From contig JACRGP010000032.1 in NCBI GenBank assembly GCA_016217765.1, forward strand, positions 1 through 58,754: DNA of 58,754 nucleotides. Reading direction: 5' to 3'. A model generated the notes under the pieces. That model worked only from the letters and a program-made list of their open reading frames with translations. It searched no databases and had not been told where the DNA came from. The position numbers were made by a program, and so were the translations under genes. Numbering within the stretch: position 1 is the first letter of the stretch; each line of letters begins with the position of its first letter. Source of the DNA: Nitrospinota bacterium. Lineage in GTDB: Bacteria; Nitrospinota; Nitrospinia; Nitrospinales; JACRGP01. Below are positions 29,501 to 37,437 of this stretch, piece by piece.

Positions 29501-29929
29501 ATGAACCAGCAAAACCCCATGATCAATCCGGAGTTGTCGCTGAAAATGACGGGCGCCGGGAAGCACATGGAAAAAGCCGAATCCCATCTGAGGAAACACG
29601 ACCTTCCCCGGAGCATCGAATCGGAAAACAGCGCGCTCCAGGAACTGACGGAAACGAGGGAGATGTTGAACGAACTCAAGAACGCCAACGATTCCGAAAG
29701 CCAGAAGGGCGAGAAGGAAACGTCGCTGAAACTGGGGTCCGGCAGGGCGCGCGACCAGAGCCAGGGCGGCTCCATCCGCATGCAGAAGGAAAAGGTCAAC
29801 CTGCCGTCCGAGGACCAATTTCAGGCCCCCAGGGAGTTCCGCGAGGAAATCCTGAAGGCAATGAAGAACAAGTACCCGCGGAAATACGAACGGTTCGTGA
29901 CCGAATACTACAAGGAGTTGGTGAAATGA
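26588..29929 (+). CDS. DUF4175-like giant membrane protein with a long coiled-coil region
   Basis: Three N-terminal TMs, a beta-rich middle and an approximately 450-aa K/E/Q/L-rich helical region. The conserved-looking C-terminus is VNLPSEDQFQAPREFREEILKAMKNKYPRKYERFVTEYYKELVK. The start is set to ATG 26588. Confidence 0.65.
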   Translation: MEAAKDIENFLDRVRRERAGFHALNGFYSTMAVLTGGYLAGNLFAYFSPQPRAYLPAFLFLILAILSYVFWRHFIRGVFSPFSRDRAALLVESKFPALNNSLINSWQLQDCLGRPEMDRGISFAFIRELVRETALSVQGISPGAVIDRTEAVRNRNRALAAVGLLLIIAAVLPDFPTRGYSNLFSGPKRSAVPAEQTAAGEKAGPAPAAPLVFSVKDLTLVFNYPAYTRLKSSVVSNADGQINVLPGTEARVKARIDKPVGGGNLVLNGEDSLAMSLTGETEIAGQMLIKEEGYYQLEIKSADGRSAVLPAKYPIALAKDLPPRIILFTSNPKPVYYPTDKVQLLYDSADDYGLQKIELVADVDGKTARIPIKSVKDGTKELKDSYTWSLAELGVVSGERVKYYLEAQDNDNIFGPNAGHSEVYSFSIYDLQGERENLIQLQDELIEKTIDLLAHGLVGGDQRFKQGPPNAQKLKAFMTAGADQTIDIVNLAQRILDQAKTVPSFPQSYLVLMKNIVSDLTRVRAEQIESIGKITASLVQSTPIGYDFPPFEEVNDKLVAHLEKAILFLIKINNRQKMDRAMDMKRSLNDLAELLKKEFERAKQGKKPLNIPDFKKQIEKIKQTMKKMMDQLARQTQALPDEFLNPNSFKSLDFEKFEAALEKIMDLAGKNDLDKAIKEMEKLSDDLKTLSNQLDQAEASMDKLVDMEIMKKIDDALRDLLKLEKEQTQLLEQTGKINQSLRESQAGIFEDRLKKFFESLKSDVNQVQNILKGNGQFLENHGTLKKFAELLDRENRENQDIKDLEQKTIDSLQSSNLDANFAKLNQARAKRSQTLEEIEALRAGVVQRFKNFLPQFSEKYDALEELAELSDLPEFNSQFKNVYPETLRWMNNLSMAPDTRPDLADRLNGDLREINRINGEISKKLGTTLRELEKNFRDLLTQQNKEEMERIAKKQSQMEKTSGELAQRFAKMNQQNPMINPELSLKMTGAGKHMEKAESHLRKHDLPRSIESENSALQELTETREMLNELKNANDSESQKGEKETSLKLGSGRARDQSQGGSIRMQKEKVNLPSEDQFQAPREFREEILKAMKNKYPRKYERFVTEYYKELVK

Positions 29930-31482
29930 GGCCCCGCGAAATACTCATCGCTGTCTGCCTGGCGGTCTTGCTGTTGGCGGGACCGGGCCGGGGCGACGTC
30001 GGCCCCGAGGAAGCCAAGTTGGGGTACTCCCTCCTCGACCAGTGGCGCGTCGAGGAGGCCGACACCCTCGCCCGCTCGCTGGTCAAGGCCAACCCCGATT
30101 CCGGCGACGCGCATTTCCTCGATGCCCGCGTACAGTTTTACAAAGGGAACTACGGCCAGGCGGCGAATATCTTGAAAACGCTTTCCGACTCCCAACGGAC
30201 GGTCCGGGACTTCAAGTCCCTGGTCGAGAGGACGCGGGAGGCGACGGCGGGGTTCGTCTCCGAACAGTCGGAGCATTTCGAGTTCCGGTACAAGGGGGGT
30301 CCCGACCGGGTCCTGGTCCATTACGCCCGGGACGCCCTCGAACGGTCCTACCAAGTCCTCGGCGGCCTTTTCGGACACTTCCCGGCGGAAAAGATCCGGG
30401 TGGAAATCTATCCGGACAAAGACCCGTTTTCCCGCATCTCCCCCCTCACCCTGAAAGACATCCTGACGTCGGGGACCGTGGCCCTCTGCAAGTACAACCG
30501 GCTGATGATGATCTCGCCCGGCTCCCTGGTCCGCGGATATAACTGGATGGACACGCTGAGCCACGAGTACACGCATTACCTACTGGCCAAAATCAGCCAT
30601 AACAACGTGCCCCTATGGCTCAACGAAGGCATCGCGAAATTTTTCGAGTCGCGCTGGCGCGGCGAGAACAACTCCATGGAGCCGATCATGGAAAACGTGC
30701 TTGCCCAGGGCCTGGCCAACGATTATTTCATCCCCCTGGAAAGCATGATGCCGTCGCTGGCGAAACTGAAAAACGCCGAGGACGTACAGCTCGCCTATGC
30801 CCAGGTGGCGACCATGGTGGATTACCTCGTCTCGTTAAAAGGCGAGCGGGTCATCGCCGACATCCTGGCCGACCTCGGCCGGGAAATCCCGTTCGAGGAG
30901 ACCTGGGAAAAGCGGTCCGGCAAGGACCTCGCGGAGTTCCAGAAGGACTGGAAAGACTACATGAAACAGAAGCGGCTGAACGCCATCCCCGGCCTCAAGG
31001 TCCTCGCCTTTCAATTCAAATCCGACCGCAAGGAGAAAGACGACGAAACCGATTACGGCGCGATCGACGACAAAACCGCGCGGGACCTGGCGTTCCTTGG
31101 GGACGTCCTCAAGTCCCGAAGCCATGTGAAGGCCGCTATTCTGGAATACCGGAAGGCCGTGAAAGAATCTCCCAGCCTGTCGCCCATACTGCACAACAAA
31201 CTGGCGGGGACCTATCTTCTCGCGAAGGAGTACGATCAAGCGGAGGCCCTGCTCAAGGAAAGCTTGAAATACTACCCCGCGTTTCACACGACGCTGGCCA
31301 ACCTGGGCGAAATCTATTACGAGAGCGGAAAATACGAACTGGCCGGCGCCTATTTCGAGAGCGCCGTCCGGACCAACCCCTTCAATCCGTTCGTCCACGA
31401 GAGGTTGATCGCCATCGATAAAAAACTCGGAAAAACAAAAGAGGCCGAGCTACAGGCGCGGTTGTATCGGTACCTGGAATAG
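29926..31482 (+). CDS. secreted TPR protein with a peptidase-MA (gluzincin) core
   Basis: Signal peptide MRPREILIAVCLAVLLLAGPGRG, HEYTH (HExxH), then WLNEGIAKFFE (third-ligand Glu context), with TPR-like helices at both ends. Its start overlaps the DUF4175 stop (ATGA, 29926-29929). Confidence 0.7.
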   Translation: MRPREILIAVCLAVLLLAGPGRGDVGPEEAKLGYSLLDQWRVEEADTLARSLVKANPDSGDAHFLDARVQFYKGNYGQAANILKTLSDSQRTVRDFKSLVERTREATAGFVSEQSEHFEFRYKGGPDRVLVHYARDALERSYQVLGGLFGHFPAEKIRVEIYPDKDPFSRISPLTLKDILTSGTVALCKYNRLMMISPGSLVRGYNWMDTLSHEYTHYLLAKISHNNVPLWLNEGIAKFFESRWRGENNSMEPIMENVLAQGLANDYFIPLESMMPSLAKLKNAEDVQLAYAQVATMVDYLVSLKGERVIADILADLGREIPFEETWEKRSGKDLAEFQKDWKDYMKQKRLNAIPGLKVLAFQFKSDRKEKDDETDYGAIDDKTARDLAFLGDVLKSRSHVKAAILEYRKAVKESPSLSPILHNKLAGTYLLAKEYDQAEALLKESLKYYPAFHTTLANLGEIYYESGKYELAGAYFESAVRTNPFNPFVHERLIAIDKKLGKTKEAELQARLYRYLE

Positions 31483-31573
31483 ATTACAATCCGGCTTTTA
31501 CCCAAAGCGGACAAAGGGGTTTTTCACTAAGAGCGTCTAACAAAATGAACCGATGGTTTCGCGCTCAAATCAC

Positions 31574-31650
31574 TCCCCTCCCTTGAGGGAGGGGGCTGGG
31601 GGAGGGTGAAATCGGCTTTTCACCCCCCGCCTCCCCCTGGAAGGGGGAGG
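31574..31650. repeat. repeat family A variant compound copy A-VIII
   Basis: CCCCTCCCTTGAGGGAGGGGGCTGGGGGAGGGTGAAA-tcggc-TTTTCACCCCCCGCCTCCCCCTGGAAGGGGGAGG, between the peptidase gene and moxR. Confidence 0.7.
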
Positions 31651-31744
31651 AAATTTGTGGACTTCATTTTGTTAGACGCGTCCAAGGACGCGCGGCCGCC
31701 GAAAGGCCGTCCGCATTCACCATTTGCAATCCAAGGGGTCATCC

Positions 31745-32731
31745 ATGGACGATTTGGAGTTGGCGAAAGAGTTTGTGCAAACCAAGGAAAGGGTCGTCCG
31801 CGAAATCCGGAAAGTCATCGTCGGACAGGAAGAGGTGATCGAAAACCTGCTGATCGCCCTGTTTTCGCGGGGGCACTGCCTGTTCGTCGGCGTCCCGGGC
31901 CTGGCCAAGACCTTGCTGGTGAGCACGCTGGCGCGCGTCCTCAACCTCAAGTTCAGCCGGATCCAGTTCACCCCGGACCTCATGCCTTCCGACATCACCG
32001 GCACGGACATCCTTTTTGAAGACCACGCCACGGGCAAACGTTCCTTCCGGTTCATCAAGGGCCCGATTTTCGCCAACATCATCCTGGCGGACGAGATCAA
32101 CCGTACGCCGCCCAAAACCCAGGCGGCCCTCCTGCAGGCCATGCAGGAACAACAAGTGACGGTGGGCGGCAACACGTACAACCTCGACCAGCCCTTTCTG
32201 GTGTTCGCCACGCAGAACCCCATCGAGCACGAGGGGACCTACCCCCTCCCGGAGGCGCAGTTGGACCGGTTCATGTTCATCATCAACGTGAACTATCCCA
32301 GCAAGGAGCAGGAAGTCCAGATCGCCCTGTCCACGACGTCGGGTTACCAGCCCGCGCTGGACGTGGTTATGGAGGCCGACAAGATTCAAACGTTGCAGAA
32401 ACTGGTCCCGCGGGTCCCGGTTTCCGACCATGTCGCACATTACGCGGTGGAATTGGTGCAGTCCACCCGTCCGGGAAACGGCAAATGTCCCGATTTCGTG
32501 AGGGAATGGGTCAACTGGGGGGCGGGGCCGCGGGCTTCGCAGTATCTGATCCTGGCGGCCAAAGCCAAGGCCTTGATGGACAATCGTTTCGCCATTACCG
32601 CCCAGGACATACGCAATGTGGCGTGCCAGGTCCTGGAACACCGGATCATCCTCAACTTCAAGGCCGAGGCGGAGAACGTCAAATCCCTGGACGTCGTGGA
32701 AAAGCTCTTGCAATCGGTCAAGGCCGATTGA
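31745..32731 (+). CDS. moxR: MoxR-family AAA+ ATPase
   Basis: VIVGQEEVIENLLIALFSRGHCLFVGVPGLAKT (Walker A), ILADEINRTPPKTQAALLQAMQE (Walker B and sensor region), about 328 aa. ATG 31724 is an alternative start. Confidence 0.92.
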   Translation: MDDLELAKEFVQTKERVVREIRKVIVGQEEVIENLLIALFSRGHCLFVGVPGLAKTLLVSTLARVLNLKFSRIQFTPDLMPSDITGTDILFEDHATGKRSFRFIKGPIFANIILADEINRTPPKTQAALLQAMQEQQVTVGGNTYNLDQPFLVFATQNPIEHEGTYPLPEAQLDRFMFIINVNYPSKEQEVQIALSTTSGYQPALDVVMEADKIQTLQKLVPRVPVSDHVAHYAVELVQSTRPGNGKCPDFVREWVNWGAGPRASQYLILAAKAKALMDNRFAITAQDIRNVACQVLEHRIILNFKAEAENVKSLDVVEKLLQSVKAD

Positions 32732-32746
32732 ACGGATGGAAGGGTT

Positions 32747-33406
32747 TTATGCGGGCGGCCTCTTGGAACCGGTCGCGGGGGTTCCGATCAACTGGGTAAC
32801 CTTCCAATCCACAGGCAGTTTCTGCAAGCCCTTGTCCCTGCTTTCGTAGTTCACAAACCCGTTTTTTTCGCCAAACAGGAACAGGTCGCGGGTGATTTCC
32901 ACGTCTTTTTTGCAGTACTCGACGATCTTGTCGATCTTGCCCTCTTTATACCATTGGAGGGAAAGCAGGCCGTCGGCGCTTTTTTCCGCCTTCAGCGTGT
33001 GCTGGGCGAGATGGTTGAGGCTCACCCGGAACCCCAGCTTTTTGTGGACGTCGATCAGCATGTCGAAGGTGTGGACCTCATGCAAGTCGAAGGACGAGTA
33101 AGGTTGCAGGACGGAATAATCGAAGCCGATCACGTTGAAACCCACCACCAGGTCCGCGGACCGTAGCTTTTGCGCCAGCTGGTCCGCCTGGTCTTCCAGA
33201 TAGGTAAAATACTTCTTCTCACGACTGTCCCAAACCACCCCGACGGCAAGTTTCATCAAGTGGCTGTTGGACCAACCGCCGACTTCGCCGGCGCTTTTTT
33301 GCGTTTCCAAGTCGAAAAAGAGCGCGCGGGGTTCGGACGACGCCGAATCGGGGACATTTTGCCCCGAATCCTCCGATTCCGCGAAAAGGTTGAATTGTTC
33401 CGCCAT
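32747..33406 (-). CDS. RNase H-fold DEDDy 3'-5' exonuclease-like protein (YprB/PolB-exo-like)
   Basis: Exo motifs FFDLET, GFNVIGFDYSVL and YCKKDVEITRDLF. It is convergent with moxR, with a 15-nt gap. Confidence 0.65.
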   Translation of the reverse strand: MAEQFNLFAESEDSGQNVPDSASSEPRALFFDLETQKSAGEVGGWSNSHLMKLAVGVVWDSREKKYFTYLEDQADQLAQKLRSADLVVGFNVIGFDYSVLQPYSSFDLHEVHTFDMLIDVHKKLGFRVSLNHLAQHTLKAEKSADGLLSLQWYKEGKIDKIVEYCKKDVEITRDLFLFGEKNGFVNYESRDKGLQKLPVDWKVTQLIGTPATGSKRPPA

Positions 33407-33562
33407 GACGACCCAATATTAATGGATTGAAGCGCCTAATGTACCCTTTTGTGGCGGGCAAAGCACGAACTTTTTATTAATCCATTTAAAAACAATATAT
33501 TAACCAACAGCCGGGCATCGAGACCCATCGTCGTTTTTTCTCCACGAATGCCTAAAATAACC

Positions 33563-33590
33563 TAAAGTTTGCATTTTTCGATACCGATAA
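33563..33590 (+). promoter_or_regulatory. sigma-28 (FliA)-type promoter upstream of fliD
   Basis: TAAAGTTT (33563-33570), a 12-nt spacer, then ACCGATAA (33583-33590), compared with the enterobacterial consensus TAAAGTTT-N11-GCCGATAA. It lies 44 nt upstream of the fliD ATG. Confidence 0.65.
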
Positions 33591-33633
33591 AAGCCTTGAG
33601 AGAGACATGAACCGCTAGGGAAATGGGGGAAAA

Positions 33634-35259
33634 ATGGCAACTTCTGGGCTTTCTGGAATCACTTCCGGGTTCGATTCGGCGACCGTCGTTCAGCAATTGG
33701 TGGCCCTTGAGAAAAGACCGATCCAACTCATTCAGGCCAAAAGGGACATCGAAGCCCAAAAGCTTTCCACCTTCCAGGAACTGAAATCCAGGTTACAAAC
33801 CTTTAAAAGCGTCGTCACGTCCATCAACACGGAAAGCCGGTTTCTGGCGACCAAGGGGACGTTTAACAACAACAGCGCTTCCGCCCTGACCAAGGTCGTC
33901 GACATAACCACCACGAGTACCGCCACCTCGGGGACGTTCTCATTTACGGTAAACTCCCTGGCCAAGGAAGGCAAGGTCGTTTCCGAGGGTTTCGCCGCGA
34001 CCGACAGCGCCATCCCCACGGGAACGCTGACCATCACCGTGGGAAGTACGGTCACGACCGTAACCATCGATTCGTCCAACAACACCGTGGACGGATTGCG
34101 GCTCGCCATCAACAACTCCGGGGCCAACGTCAGCGCGACCTTCCTGGACAACGGCGACGCGTCCAAACCCATACAACTGCTCATATCGGGGACCAAGACG
34201 GGCGCCGCCAACGCGGTTTCCGTAAGGCTTACCCAACCCTCCCTGGGCGCCGGGCCGTTGGACGCGGTCCAATTCACGCAAACGCAAGCGGCGCAAGACG
34301 CCCGTCTGACCGTGGACGGCATCAGCGTCACCAAATCCAGCAACACCGTGACCGACGTCCTTCCCGGAACGGTATTGTCGCTTCAGGGAAGCGGGTCGGG
34401 GACCATCACGCTTTCGTCCGACACAAACACCATCAAGACGCAGATCAACTCGTTCGTGACCGGTTATAACGATTTAATGACGTACCTCAACAAGCAACTG
34501 GCCATAGACGTCGCCGCCAATACGACGGGGGCACTGTTCGGAAACTACACGGCGGAGAACATTCAACAGACCCTGCGGAACAGCATTTCCGGACAAGTCG
34601 CCGGGTTGTCGGGAGACTTTCAATATCTCTCCCAGATTGGCATCACCACCCAGTCCGACGGGGCCTTGACCATCGACGACGGAAAATTGAGCGATGCCCT
34701 TGCCAGGGACATCGGGAACGTCACGCGGTTGTTCGCCAGCAAGGGGACGACCAATAATGCGAACGTGACGTTCGTCGGTTTTACCGAGAACACCGTCGCC
34801 GGAACCTACGACGCGCGCATTTCCGGCGGAGCGGTGCAATTGAGCCCCTCGGGCAAGAACGATTACGTCTCCGCCACCGGGACCGGAAACTTCTTCGCGG
34901 GCGCTACGGGGACCGACGCCGAGGGCCTCAACTTCAGGATCGCGGCCACGGCGGACGGCTCCTATGGAAGCATCAACCTGACCGTGGGCGTCGCCGAGAC
35001 CCTCAACCGGGCGCTGGCCAACCTGACGGACACCTCCCGCGGGGGACCGCTGGCCTCCGAATTGGACACCGCGACCAAGTCCATAGACGATTACGACGAC
35101 CAGATCCTCAAACAAACACAGCGGGTAGCGCAAGTGGAGGAAAACCTCAAAGCCAAATTCACCAATCTGGACACTTTACTATCGAAACTCAATTCCCAGA
35201 AACAAGCGTTCACCAGCGCCTTGCAAGGCGTGCAAAACACGTCGCCCAAATCGAGCTGA
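33634..35259 (+). CDS. fliD: flagellar filament capping protein
   Basis: N-terminus GLSGITSGFDSATVVQQLVALEKRPI, 541 aa rich in T/S/N/G, with a C-terminal coiled coil typical of FliD. Confidence 0.93.
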   Translation: MATSGLSGITSGFDSATVVQQLVALEKRPIQLIQAKRDIEAQKLSTFQELKSRLQTFKSVVTSINTESRFLATKGTFNNNSASALTKVVDITTTSTATSGTFSFTVNSLAKEGKVVSEGFAATDSAIPTGTLTITVGSTVTTVTIDSSNNTVDGLRLAINNSGANVSATFLDNGDASKPIQLLISGTKTGAANAVSVRLTQPSLGAGPLDAVQFTQTQAAQDARLTVDGISVTKSSNTVTDVLPGTVLSLQGSGSGTITLSSDTNTIKTQINSFVTGYNDLMTYLNKQLAIDVAANTTGALFGNYTAENIQQTLRNSISGQVAGLSGDFQYLSQIGITTQSDGALTIDDGKLSDALARDIGNVTRLFASKGTTNNANVTFVGFTENTVAGTYDARISGGAVQLSPSGKNDYVSATGTGNFFAGATGTDAEGLNFRIAATADGSYGSINLTVGVAETLNRALANLTDTSRGGPLASELDTATKSIDDYDDQILKQTQRVAQVEENLKAKFTNLDTLLSKLNSQKQAFTSALQGVQNTSPKSS

Positions 35260-35313
35260 CCGATAGCGGCGACACGGACGACCCTTAAGACAAGAACAGG
35301 AGCGTATCGGCGA

Positions 35314-35757
35314 ATGGTCCCGAACAACTATTACAACGAATACCGGCGCAACCAGATTTCCACGTCCAGCCAGGGGAAGCTGATCTTGATGATGTACGAC
35401 GGAGCCATCCAGTTCGCCGGCATGGCGGCCAAGGCGTTGGAGGCGGAAGACCTTCCCAAAAAGGGGAAGTACATCCAGAAAACCCACGACATCATCAACG
35501 AGTTGTCCTGTTCGCTGGACGTCAAGAAAGGCGGCGACGTGGCCGTCAAGCTGGAAAACCTGTATCAGTTCATCCTGAACCAGTTGGTCCTGGCCAACAT
35601 CAAGTCCGACCGCAAGGCGCTGGACTCGACCATAAGAATTCTCACCCTGCTCCGCGAAGCATGGGAAACGATCATCAACAAGACGACAACCCCCGCCGGC
35701 TCCCCAGCCCCCCACCCCGGCGCCCAAGCCCCGCAAGGCATCACCGCCAAATGTTGA
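35314..35757 (+). CDS. fliS: flagellar export chaperone FliS
   Basis: YRRNQISTSSQGKLILMMYDGAIQF...LENLYQFILNQLVLANIKSD is a canonical FliS four-helix sequence. It sits directly after fliD. Confidence 0.92.
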   Translation: MVPNNYYNEYRRNQISTSSQGKLILMMYDGAIQFAGMAAKALEAEDLPKKGKYIQKTHDIINELSCSLDVKKGGDVAVKLENLYQFILNQLVLANIKSDRKALDSTIRILTLLREAWETIINKTTTPAGSPAPHPGAQAPQGITAKC

Positions 35758-35812
35758 AGCCCTCGTAACGGCATTGACCCGCATATTGCATGAGCGAAAG
35801 GATGGGATTGCT

Positions 35813-35897
35813 CCCCCTTGTAAAGGGGGGCGGGGGGATTCGCGCCATCACCGCCAACGGGGATCTCAAATCCCCCTAACCCCCTTTGCAAGGGGGG
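35813..35897. repeat. repeat family A, compound copy A-III
   Basis: CCCCCTTGTAAAGGGGGGCGGGGGGATTC, a 27-nt spacer, then AATCCCCCTAACCCCCTTTGCAAGGGGGG. The left arm (29 nt) is identical to that of A-II. Confidence 0.85.
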
Positions 35898-36084
35898 ACA
35901 AAACAAGGGCGCTTTTTGCGCCGCATATTTTCCCTCTCCAAAAGACCGCATACCCTGTTCCAAAACCTGAAGCCGCTTCCATGTATCATTTACTCGCGCC
36001 ATATCCGGGTTGAATCGCCGCGAAAAAACTCGCGAAAGATCGGCGGTTGCCAGACCGCCAGATTCGGCGTAAGCCCAACGCCTG

Positions 36085-36112
36085 ACCGGCCAGCGTGAAC
36101 GCTGGACCCAAC
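36085..36112 (+). repeat. repeat family D copy 2
   Basis: ACCGGCCAGCGTGAACGCTGGACCCAAC, immediately followed by family C copy 2. Confidence 0.7.
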
Positions 36113-36160
36113 GCCGCCTCGGCGCAGGCGCGAGGCGGAACCATCCGCGGCGATACGCCG
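36112..36160 (-). repeat. repeat family C copy 2 (inverted orientation)
   Basis: The reverse complement reads CGGCGTATCGCCGCGGATGGTTCCGCCTCGCGCCTGCGCCGAGGCGGC, nearly identical to 7630-7680. Confidence 0.8.
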
Positions 36161-36195
36161 CCCTCCGGGCGCTCCCCGCGCGGCCCGCGTTTTTT

Positions 36196-36224
36196 TTGAC
36201 AATCGGCGGGGCTTGTGATAAAAG
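36196..36224 (+). promoter_or_regulatory. possible sigma-70 promoter for sucCD (extended -10)
   Basis: TTGACA (36196-36201), a 17-nt spacer containing TG at 36216-36217, then TAAAAG (36219-36224). It lies 55 nt upstream of the sucC ATG. The -10 hexamer is weak. Confidence 0.35.
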
Positions 36225-36279
36225 ATTGATCCTTTAAATCGATCGAAACCTTCTCATCCTCATCCGGCAATCATAGCGC

Positions 36280-37437
36280 ATGAAAATCCACGAATACCAA
36301 GGCAAAGAGCTGTTGGCGAAATATAACGTCCCCGTGCCCCGGGGCATCCTCGTGAACGACAAATCGGAAGCCGCCGGAGCCGCCCGCAAGATCGGCGGCA
36401 ACGTGGTGGTCAAGGCCCAGATCCACGCCGGGGGACGCGGAAAAGGCGGAGGGGTCAAGCTGGCCCGAGGCGCCGAGGACGCGGAACGGATCGCCGGGGA
36501 GATCCTCGGCATGACCCTGGTCACGCCGCAGACCGGACCCGAGGGACGGCTGGTGAAAAAGGTCCTGATCGAGGAGGGCATGGTGATCGTCAAGGAACTC
36601 TACATGAGCGTCCTCATCGACCGCCAGACCAGCCAGGTCATGATCATGGCCAGCGAGGCCGGCGGGATGGAGATCGAGGAAGTCGCCGCCAAGTCGCCGG
36701 AAAAAATCATCAAGGAGTACGTGGACCCCGTGATCGGCGTCAAGCCCTTCCTGGCCCGCAAAATCGCCTTTGCCCTGAACCTGGAGGGAGAGGTCTTCAA
36801 ACAGGCGATCCCGTTCATAACCAACCTGTACGAATGCTTTAAGAGAGAAGACTGCTCCATGGCGGAGATCAACCCCCTGGTGGCGACCAACGACGGACGC
36901 CTGCTGGCCCTGGACGCGAAGATAGCCATCGACGACAACGCGCTTTACCGGCAGAAGAAATCCTTCGAATACCGCGACCTCGACGAGGAAGACCCCATGG
37001 AGGTGGAGGCCAGCAAGTTCAAATTGAACTACATCAAAATGGACGGGAACATCGGTTGCATGGTCAACGGGGCCGGGCTGGCCATGGCCACCATGGACAT
37101 CATCAAGCATTCGGGCGGCGAGCCCGCCAATTTTCTGGACGTGGGCGGCGGAGCCAACGAGGAAACGATCGAGAACGCTTTCCGCATCCTGTTGTCCGAC
37201 CCGCGCGTCAAAGCCGTCCTCATCCACATTTTCGGGGGGATTTTGCGTTGCGACATCCTCGCCAACGGGGTGGTCGCGGCCGCCAGGAAACTGCACGTCA
37301 GCGTCCCGGTCGTCGTGCGCATGGAGGGGACCAACATGGAGGAGGGGCACAAGATCCTGAACGAATCCGGATTGAACTTCATCGTTGCCAATGGCATGAA
37401 AGATGCCGCGAGAAAGGTGGTCAAGGCGATCCAATGA
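36280..37437 (+). CDS. sucC: succinate--CoA ligase (ADP-forming) subunit beta
   Basis: [22 protein letters not shown] and an ATP-grasp domain, 385 aa. The stop overlaps the sucD start (ATGA). Confidence 0.95.
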   Translation: MKIHEYQGKELLAKYNVPVPRGILVNDKSEAAGAARKIGGNVVVKAQIHAGGRGKGGGVKLARGAEDAERIAGEILGMTLVTPQTGPEGRLVKKVLIEEGMVIVKELYMSVLIDRQTSQVMIMASEAGGMEIEEVAAKSPEKIIKEYVDPVIGVKPFLARKIAFALNLEGEVFKQAIPFITNLYECFKREDCSMAEINPLVATNDGRLLALDAKIAIDDNALYRQKKSFEYRDLDEEDPMEVEASKFKLNYIKMDGNIGCMVNGAGLAMATMDIIKHSGGEPANFLDVGGGANEETIENAFRILLSDPRVKAVLIHIFGGILRCDILANGVVAAARKLHVSVPVVVRMEGTNMEEGHKILNESGLNFIVANGMKDAARKVVKAIQ

